A DNA stretch of 64,000 nucleotides from Octopus vulgaris (taxonomy: Eukaryota), in contig OX597823.1 in assembly GCA_951406725.2 (NCBI GenBank), positions 42,842,001 through 42,906,000 on the forward strand. The letters are read 5' to 3'. This document shows positions 53,946 through 64,000 of the stretch, piece by piece. The position numbers and the translations under genes are program-made. Every line of letters starts with the position of its first letter. Position 1 is the first letter of the stretch. The notes beneath the pieces are model-generated. The model was not told where the DNA came from, searched no databases, and was given only the letters and a program-made list of their open reading frames with translations.

Positions 53946-55129
53946 TATATATATGTATATGAACATATATGTATACACACAGACACGCACATATATATAT
54001 ATGTATGTATATATGTTCATATATATATATATATGGGGGGCGGGGTGTGCATGTGTGTGTATGTATGCATGTATGTGTATGTATGCATGTATGTTCATAT
54101 ATATATATATAGCGCGGATTTGCTAAATATTAACAATAATATACGTATATTCATTTTGAATTCTATTTTCCCTCTTTGCATCAAAATACCTATGTGTGTT
54201 TGTGCATGTGTGTGTGTGTGTGTGCGTGCTTGTGTGCGTGTGTGTTTGTGAATAAATGCATACGCGCTATAAACATGTGTACCCTCACTCGTACATGCGA
54301 ACTCACACATAAACACGTTATTCTTAACTCTCAAATACATATGGGGTTAATGAGTTCTGTAGTATCAATCAACTATTCGAGTAGATTTCATAGCCTCTAC
54401 ACTCTCAAAATAATAATAAAAAAGATACGAATCAGGTGTGTAACTGTGTACGTTTTTTTTTAGTATGTATATATGTGTATGTGTAGGAAGTACAGGCAGT
54501 ATGGTTGCGCGTTAAGAGAAGTTTCTATTGAGCTTATTCAATACGTAACATGCTAACGAAAATGATACCTATCTTGAAGTGAAATGCGGAAAACCTAACG
54601 TAATTTTATAGTAAAAACGACAGTAGACTATTAATAATTGATCTAGGTATCTAAACCAAGTTATTCTTAATGAAATAAAGCTAATTCCCTTACTAGCTTA
54701 GCGTATAGCATATTCAAGCAATATTATTACATGTCTGGTGCTCATATTATCGAAGAATAAATTCCGTTTGAACTCAACACGTCGAAAGAGAAATTTAAGT
54801 AGAAATTGTTTAGAGTCGTGTTCTAAGTAACAATTTTGCTGCCGTTACATTAAAAGAATGATCTACCAGTTTTTTTAATGGATAAAAAATATAGGTGATG
54901 GTTGGTACGTTTTGGTAATTAGAACTACTTGGTCATTACTAGCCTAAGGCTCAAATCCCATCTAACTTACGCAACATATACATTACATAAGCTTTACCTT
55001 CGTGCGAAAACGTATAACACGTCACCTGCAGCATATACGTAACAAAAATTTCCGAAACAAAGCAAAATATAAAAATAACAGTGTACATCACCAGAGCCAA
55101 ATGACAATACTGCACTAATTGCAAAATTT

Positions 55130-56981
55130 CCAAAATGCAACTGTTAGTATAGCAGAAACTTGCATTGAATGTTTGAATACTTTGACTAATAAAAAAAAAT
55201 GTGGATGTTGGATCAAGCTCTATCCATCAATTAGTAGAGTAATACCAAATCGTGGACAGTCCTTTTTATGTACAACCGGAAATTCGACAAAACAAACTCA
55301 ATGCAGGAACGGTCTGTGGATTTTTATGAGGACCCCGATAAAGGTAATGCAACAGATAATTACCGACCTATCTCCAGCTTACACTTGTTGTGGAAGTTGA
55401 GGGCAAGAATAATATCTAATTGTGAATATGACTCCTTGGGAATGAATGACACTGCCAGTGGAAGAGAAGAGACACAGGAGGAAAATCTGAGGGAAGAGGA
55501 TCATTTTCTTATAGAGAGAATGTTGCTGAATGGCTGCAAGAAAATCTTACTCATCTGGATATGGCCTGGATCGATTATATGAAAACTTATGACATGTTCC
55601 CCATTCCTGAACTTTATAAAGTATTGAATAAGTACAGTAGGTGTTTGATAACATTTTAAATCTTATCAGATCGATGAAGAAACGGAATACACAGTTAATA
55701 TCATGTGGAAAATATTTAGCGAGGGCATCAAAAGAGGCATATTTCAGGGAGATAGTCTGACACCACTGCAGTTTGGGATTTTTAAGATACCCCTAACACA
55801 GATATTACGGAAAGTGACATCGGGGTACACCTTGAAAAATGGAGAAATGATAAATCACTTGTTATATATGTATGACTTTAAAATCATCGGGAAGATTGAA
55901 AGTGAAATTAATGGACTGGTATTAACAGTGCAGATTTTCAGTAAGGATATTGGGATAGAATTTAGAATTAAAAAGTGTGGTATGCTTGTCATCAAAAAAG
56001 CAAAGTAGTGTCATCTGATGATATAAAACTATCCAACGGCGGGAGAATCAAAATTGTTAAGATGGATGGATATAAGTATATGAGTGTTTTGGAGTATGAC
56101 AAAATCAAGGAGAGTGAGGTGAAGGAAAGCCCCAGAAGAACCAAATTAATTATGGACAGTAGACTCAATAGAAAGAACAAAATTAGGGCAATGAAAACAT
56201 GGGTTATTTCTTTCATGCGATGCGATGCAGATGTTGTCAGGTGGACAAAAAAGGAGCTCAAGAAATTGATAGAAAAGCAGGAAGGTGATGACAATGGAAA
56301 GGAACTATTCTCTAAACACGACATCGGTAGATACAAGGGAAGAAGAGGCTTCATAGGTTGCAGGATCTGCGTTGTTTATGAGGAAAACAGTCTGGGATGG
56401 TACGTTAAACAGCAGATTGAACCTTTCTCGCTGTTAGAAATAACAAGATGATACTTACTGAAAATATGACACATCTAAAAACATTTAGGAAGCAAGATGG
56501 AGAACAAAGATTAAACAGCGGCAAAATGAAAACTTTGCAATACCTCAGAGAAATCGAAGGGGAAGACAAGGCCAATACATGGAGGTGGTTAAGGAAAAGT
56601 GATCTGAAAGGATGCACTGAGGCATTGATTGCAGTTCCCAGGAGCAACCTCTAAGAACTTACACCATGTTCCAATAGATAAGATCGTTGTAGGATGTGTG
56701 GCAACAAAAACGAAGCAATCTCACATATTGTTAGTGTAGCAAACTGGCAGAAAAGGAATACAAAATGAGGCACGATAATGTGGATAAATTTGTTCGCCTG
56801 AATGAATACGGTAACGGCACGAAAATAAATCAGAAGGCGTTACTGAGAATAATGAATATAAGATCTTATTGGATTTTACAATCCAATGCTACTCACTAAT
56901 TGAACTCACAAGATAAAGACGGAAGAAATGCGCTACACATTTTATTCGACTTCCTAGTGATTTTGACATCTGGCTTTCTCG

Positions 56982-56982
<1 letters not shown>
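55130..56982 (+). mobile_element. Decayed R4/Dong-clade LINE (RT, CCHC finger, start of RLE) ending at (TAA)n
   Basis: DPDKGN..DNYRPISSL..LWKL; AWIDY.K.YDM.PH; IKRGIFQGDSLTP; HLLYMYD.K; F.IKKC; G.RG; CRMCG...E..SHIVS; EYK.RHDNV; ILLDFTIQC. Confidence 0.92.
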
Positions 56983-57014
<32 letters not shown>

Positions 57015-57207
57015 CTCTCCGTTATAGTACACATGGATTGAGATTTAGAAGTGGCGTGTGATAGTTGATTACACCGACACCAAAATTTAGTTGGTACATA
57101 TCTTATCGATCCCGAAATGATGAAATGGACAGTTAAACTCGGCGGGATTTGAGCTCCGAACAAAATGAGACAGGAGAAATGTCGCTAAACATCTTGTTCG
57201 ACGTGCC
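57015..57207 (-). mobile_element. SINE family A, decayed
   Basis: ggtacatatcttatcgatcccgaaatgatgaaatgg...ctcggcgggatttgagctc. Confidence 0.7.
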
Positions 57208-58038
57208 ACATATTGATATTTAAGTAGAATTGGCTTGTTGACCTACATGAGATTTTTTTTTCTATAGACAGAGAAAACTAACAATTATACTTCAACGCTG
57301 CAACGAAGGTGGCAACTCCAAACTCCGCCAAAAATTATTTAAAGAAACAAAAAGACAAAACTATATATCTACTTATCGGCAGACAGAAATGGTATTATCG
57401 GGCTAAAATCTTTGCAAAATTGTATTATGTTGAATTGCAGTTCTATTGTGACAGAAGAAAGAAAAACATTGGTGTACAAGTTAACGGAAATCAATGGTTG
57501 AGTCGAAGAAACATCTTTAGCTAAAATTAATATGGGTTATTTGGAAATCTAGACTACTCTTTGGTGGCTAGCATTGATTTTGGAGTTGTATAGTTGTATG
57601 ACTATATATCTACAGGTCTATTGTCTATATATACAATATCTTTTCAAACACGTTCTTTCGATTTTTCATAGATCAATCCTCCCGCTCTCTCTTGCTGTCT
57701 CTCTCCGCCTGCATGACTGCCTGCCTGTTTCTCTCTCTCTTTTTCACCTTCCCTGTCTGCTTGCATATGGGTGTACATTTGTTAGTGTATATGTTTATGA
57801 ATGTGCATATATATATATATATACACACATATATATATATCTGCATGTACCTATAAACAAAAGAACACAAATATACACACATTCACGTACAAACATACAC
57901 ACGCACCACACACAAACACACACACATACACGAATATATTACAATTTCACACATATATGTATGTATATATATATACCCGTATATAAATACATATGCATAA
58001 ACATACATATATACATACATATATATATATATATATGC

Positions 58039-58072
<34 letters not shown>

Positions 58073-58288
58073 GTATGTATGTATTATTTTTAAACAACAG
58101 TGTTGTAAACAGCAACTTCGAAGTTTCGGACAGCTAAGCCATTGTCGTCGAACTGGCCGAAACTTCTAAGACACCGTTAACAACATTCCTCTTTAGGAAT
58201 GATAAATTCGTACCCCACAAGAGTATAGAGTAACCCATCAGATTGATGTTCATTTGCTTTTATCATAATTGAGCATAAAAACAAACGT

Positions 58289-58428
<140 letters not shown>

Positions 58429-58476
58429 GCAGGTAGGCAGACAGACAGACAAACAGACAGTCAGACAGACAGACAC

Positions 58477-58547
<71 letters not shown>

Positions 58548-59302
58548 TATGAACATATACCCAGCAACGATTCCTAACACCCACTGACGATATATGCATG
58601 ATTGGCATATGTTTTTTCTACCACTCAGTTACAGAATAAAGGGAAGTTCTTCAAATTCATCATTATCTGAGTGAAATAGAAATAAGTGGAAGAGAGAGAG
58701 GAAGCTATCTACAAACTAGAATTCTGGTCCGATTTCTTACACAAAGTTTCAAGCATTTGCACCAAGTGTTGGTATAAATCACTGTTAGGGATTAAATATA
58801 GTTTAGGTGGTGGTGTTAATCCCCGTGACAGATTAACGCTACCCCACCCGAAATTGAAATTGAAAGAATCGGAATAAATTACGCAAGTGGTCTGTGTGAT
58901 GTGTTGACTGTCCCACCAATTTCACTAAGATGTGCTTTATTGTATCGAACTCTAAAGGTTCACAAGCAAAAGCTGATCTTAGCTATGATTTGATAAGACC
59001 ACTGATGGAAATAAGCCAGATCAACTGCTCCATGGGGTTTTGTCTTGCATACTAAGGACAGTGCCAATTTCGGACTGATGGCAATATACACATAGTTACA
59101 TTGTGATGCTCATGATACTCCTATTGTGTTCTGTTTTATACAAAGAAACATGTCATAGCACAAATTAGTTTAAATTACTTTGAATGTTTTATTGAGCAAT
59201 ATATATTTTTAGACTTAACTTTCTCCTTTTTAGATGAGACGAGACGTGATTTGTGAAGTAATATGCATACATGGTTAAACACATATGTATATGTATGTTT
59301 GC

Positions 59303-59359
<57 letters not shown>

Positions 59360-59360
59360 T

Positions 59361-59590
59361 ATTTCTTTACTACCCACAAGGGGCTAAACATAGAGGGGAC
59401 AAACAAGGACAGACAAAGGGATTAAGTCGATTACATCGACCCCAGTGCGTAACTGGTACTTAATTTATCGACCCCGAAAGGATGAAAGGTAAAGTCGACC
59501 TCGGCGGAATTTGAACCCAGAACACTTAACGGCAGACGAAATACGGCTACGCATTTCGCCCGACGTGCTAACGTTTCTGCCAGCTCGCCG
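59361..59590 (-). mobile_element. SINE family A
   Basis: Near-identical to the units at 46984-47434. Confidence 0.93.
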
Positions 59591-59712
59591 TCTCATATAT
59601 ATACATATATATACATATATATACATATATATACATATATAGCTTAGGTGTTGCGATACCATTGACCTAGCGTGTGTGTGTGTTTATAGATACATATGCA
59701 TAGACATATATA

Positions 59713-60110
59713 CGTCGTCTGACAAATAACTATCCAGACTGCTGCCATAGGAACGAATCTAAATCATGCAGAGTAAAGCCGCTTGACTCAGATTAATCTC
59801 CATCTCTGCTGTGCATGTGCACTAAGATTTAACGTTCTAGGAGACCCGCAACCAGCAGAACTAAGGAAAACATTGCAGATGTACGTACAGCTGTGGTGGG
59901 AAATCGTCGAATCACCAACCGTAAGTTATCAGAAGATGTGCAGATTAGTTACGGTTCAGTTCAATTTATTATCACTGAAGATTTAGGTATGAGACGAGTG
60001 TCTCCCAAGTTTCTGCAAAAACTGCTTTCAGCTGACCAAAAAGACACTTGGGTTTCAGTTGTACAAGATTTTACTGTGTCGAGAACGATGAAAACTCTTT
60101 GAAATCTTTG
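59713..60110 (+). mobile_element. Internally deleted mariner fragment
   Basis: Begins after TA; RPATSRTKENIADVR..V.GNRRIT.RKLSEDV.ISYGSV..I.TEDLGMRRVSPKF.QKLLSADQK. Confidence 0.82.
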
Positions 60111-60319
60111 CGTAGGCCTCTGAGTACGTATCACCTAGCTTTTGGTAAAATTTGATGCAGATTATCTACTCAACTTTCTCTGTCATTTTCTATGCGACGA
60201 TCACAAGCAACACACACGCTACACACTTTCCTTTCAGGCACTTCTATAAAGAGTGGAAGTAAGCTAGAACGTCAAATCCAACATATCTAAAGATCAATTG
60301 CAAGCATTTAAAAACTTAC

Positions 60320-60410
60320 AAAAACACTCTTCGATAATTTTCAAAGGAGCTGACAGAACTGGAGACATTATCATTAAAATAAAAACTACCACCACCAAGA
60401 GCCATCTCAA
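60320..60410 (-). CDS. Candidate exon 2 (91 bp, phase 0-1): signal peptide and mature N-terminus [30 protein letters not shown]
   Basis: Acceptor aaaatttcag, donor T|GTAAGT; encodes a basic residue, hydrophobic core and small-residue cleavage site. Confidence 0.7.
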
Positions 60411-60532
60411 CTGAAATTTTCAAATATATATATACATATATATATATATAATATATATATATATATTTACATATATATATATGTATATATATATAGACAT
60501 ATATACATACATACATATATATAATATATATA

Positions 60533-60583
<51 letters not shown>

Positions 60584-60701
60584 ATGATATATATATATGT
60601 GTGTGTGTGTGTCTGTTAAAACACAGGTATTTATTGCATTAGTCGTAGTAGTAGTAAGTCGATGGAGAAGCAACACCGTCTTGGTCAGAAACGAAACTCA
60701 C

Positions 60702-60722
60702 CTGACTGTAAAGTAACAACAT
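60702..60722 (-). CDS. Candidate first coding exon MLLLYSQ
   Basis: ATG at 60722-60720, perfect donor CAG|GTGAGT, phase 0, in frame with exon 60320-60410. Confidence 0.62.
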
Positions 60723-63317
60723 TAAGACAAAGGAGTATATAATTTCGACAAATCGCTTCTACCATCACTTGAACATTCACGTATGTTAAACATTTAGACA
60801 CACACACTCACACACACACACACACACAAATATGCACACCCAAAGACGTATGTATTTATTTGTCCGATGCCTTCTACATCTACTCGGAATTTACGCGATT
60901 TCAATGTTTCATTCAGAACGCAGATACATCGATGTCACTTTTCTGAGAAATTTTCAAGAATTTTAAGATGGCGCTACAATATTTGCATTTTAATAGTTTA
61001 GCGAAGCACATGTGACCTACTCGTAAATTAAATTATGAGCTATAATTACATAAAGGTTACAGAATAAGGTAGATGATTCGCAATTAACGGCTACGTTCTT
61101 TCAAAGAGAAGTAATTAAAATTTTTCGAAGAGAATTAATTAAAATTTTTCAGAAGGAATTAGTTAAAGAGGGTAACTTATCCGTGTGCTGGGATTACAAT
61201 TACCAGGTTGTCAATGTGAAAGTGCTAGTATATTAAAGATGAGAATTAAGTAGATGTAACTCGCATAGGTATTAGATTTATAAACGATTTAGCACAAATG
61301 TTTTCAATTTGGCATATGCTGTTGAAAGAGAATTAAATTGGAATAACTATCAGTGTACTATACCCAACGTGTAAACTCCATTGAAAGGCGTGATAAGTAT
61401 TTGTGTATCACGCTTAACGTATTGTACAACCATTGAAAAGCATCACATTGTGCTTTTGTTTGTGTATTTTAATATACTGCAGTTTTGATTGCATTCGCCA
61501 AGTCTATTTTAGCCCGGAAAGCTTAACGCCACAGCAGTGAATTTATTATTGCCTTGTTCATTATACATAGATACAAGCAAATTTCGTCTAGGCATGTAAC
61601 GGCTGAGTACATTCTATTGACAAGGCCTAAGAAAATTGAAACGCACCTAACGTTCCGGCAAACTCGCTGCTCCGAAATATATTGGGATTTTATGACTGCA
61701 TATCTATGAAGAGAATTACATTGAGACTTTAACCACGGCATTAAACTTTTCAATGATGTGTATACCTTAATATGCTACTCAAATGACTATTTTGATTTAA
61801 TGATGCTTCAGTTAAGTACATCAAATTTATTTCCGCCTGGTAAATTCTTCGCAATATCTGTGAATTAATTATTCACTGTTCATTATATATACGAGGAAGG
61901 AATTTCGTCAAGGCATGTTTTGGCCGGGCTCACGCTCTTAACTAAGAGCAAGAAGACCAAAATGCATCTGACAATCATGTGAGTCACTCCTAGGGCGGTG
62001 TCTGCCTCACTCAGATATATATCGGTATTTGATTAAACATGTCTATGAAAAGGTTTTCTTGTTCAGACAAAAACCCCAGAATTATGCCTTTCAATGATGA
62101 ATACACGTTAGTTATCATAGATAGACGGCTATTTCAAATTAATTCCGTTTTAATTGCGCACCTGAAGTTTCATTCAGCCTTGCAAAATTTCCACAATGTC
62201 TATGAATGTATTATACCCCGTTCGCTATATATATATATATATATATAATTATATATTCGTTAGGCATGGTATAGAGATGGCAATTTTGAATGTCTTCAAA
62301 GTGAGACAATGGTAAAACCAAATTTGGAAAATAAACATTATTCACCGTGATGACAGTAATTTTCACAATTGATAGACTTACAATTAAATATTAAGTTGCA
62401 AGTGTATTACAACTTGCAAGTGTATTACAGCCCTGAATATAGTTTATATAATCATTTAACCACATGGATTATCAATAATTCTAATGGAAGATTGTGACAA
62501 GAGCAATTCATTAGAGGTATTCTTTCTAAGATGCGGCATGAAACAATTGAAGTTTCAGTGTAAAAACATTCTAATGTAAAATCCAAATCGGGCTATCAAT
62601 TATTCGAACAAATTTTAAATGGAATTTCTTTTTGTCAATTAACGGAATTTACAGCCTCAAGTCTCTTATGTAATGGACTATCAGACTAAATCACCAATAT
62701 ATGATTTTCCACTATATAAATGTCTCATATATTTAACGAGTATGCAAAGGAGTCTTCTGTTTAAATGGAATGGATAGCAACTCTGTTAGATCGCACTTTT
62801 TATCTCGTATATTTGAAACGTAAATTTTAAGCACCCAGTTTTTCAATCGTGGCCATGACCATTATGTAAGTGGAATATATCGTGCACTGGAATATGTTTG
62901 ACAACTTGAATGTTTTGAAAGTAAGCAAAAACTAAATGTTTCTCCACTTTAGTATAAAAAAATATTGACCAGCGGAGTCTATGTTTTAAGCTTCTCAATT
63001 ACACTAAAATCATAATCACTCCTGAGGCTGCTCTATGGCTTTCTATCATTACATCTATGCAGCATTTAGCTGTGGTATTATTTCCTTTATTTTACCAAAC
63101 CATCTCCGACAACGAAGTGGAATAGTTTTTGTTTCTGTATTTAGATGAATTTATATGGTTTATGGTTCAGAGTTTTGAGAACATCAAATCATAAGTGACT
63201 TCGAAGGTTACATACTCTTCTTGCTTTTACCAGTCTTCTAGCTCGTCGTTTCCTGCAAAACCGTCCAACCCATGCCAGTTTGTAAAATTGATGTTAAACG
63301 ATGACAATGATTATATA

Positions 63318-63360
<43 letters not shown>

Positions 63361-64000
63361 CGAACGCGTTTCTTATTGAAATCCGGTATTGAAAGTTTTG
63401 TGCTTAGTAGTACGAATTTTAAAGATGTAAGTAAATATCTCATCTCTGCTATACAAATTTGTTCTTCGAATGTGCTTTCAGTTTTTTTATATATATATAT
63501 ACCTTATAAGTTTTACAATTTTACAGGAAACATTACCAACACGCTTTCACTTCATTTTTTTTAGGTTTTTAAAATGTACCTTTCTTTTACATTTTTCGCT
63601 TCACTTTTTCATTTCCTTTTAAAGATAAACTTTGGTTGTATTACTGTAGTATTGCGCGATATTTCCAAGTCATTTTTTCCCTATGAGCTTTGAACTTAAC
63701 TTGTTCGACTCCAAGTGTCTAAAAGTATAATCATTTTAACAATTTATCTTTGTATTTCTTTTTTCCTATGACGAACCTTTTCTTAGTTTCATTTTAATTT
63801 GTTCGGATTTTTATCTCTCACGTGGTTTTACAGTGAGTATAAATAAAATTTCTGTAGTTCCAGTAGTAGTTTTAATGTTTCTTGTTCTTGTTTTAAATTT
63901 TATTCACTTTAAATTTAGTTCACTCGTATCGTTCTTTTTCCTTTCGATTTTTTTCTTCGTCTTTTGTATTTCTGCTGCCGAAACCAAGTCTGATCGTTAA

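Noticed and set aside
58120-58166. 14-bp hairpin containing GAAAC
   Set aside because: No CTGANGA partner; too short to assign, possibly a tiny fold-back relic.
61523-61753. 76-aa Cys-containing minus-strand ORF upstream of the candidate start exon
   Set aside because: Non-ATG start, no splice signals or homology motif; likely chance.

Overview
AT-rich, microsatellite-saturated animal genomic DNA. The repeat content (several tRNA-derived SINE families, (TAA)n-targeted R4/Dong LINEs, Penelope-like elements, mariner/Tc1 relics) strongly suggests a coleoid cephalopod, probably Octopus; this is inferred from repeats only. Almost all ORFs in the supplied track are microsatellite artefacts. Well-supported content: one near-complete frameshifted DD34D mariner (18095-19370), fragments of Tc1/mariner, CR1, RTE, R4/Dong and Penelope elements, a non-autonomous Helitron, MITEs and more than 20 SINE copies. 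Two less obvious layers emerged from manual reading. (1) About ten hammerhead-ribozyme (HHR) motifs of several distinct families, mostly inside small fold-back insertions in (TA)n tracts. These include one intact type I HHR (41682-41766) and a TIR-bounded cassette of head-to-head HHR units (4391-5104). (2) Scattered minus-strand exons that splice in frame into a secreted protein with an RBP4/purpurin-like lipocalin cysteine pattern, spanning about 47 kb, with a probable tandem paralog downstream. The gene model is incomplete and inferential.
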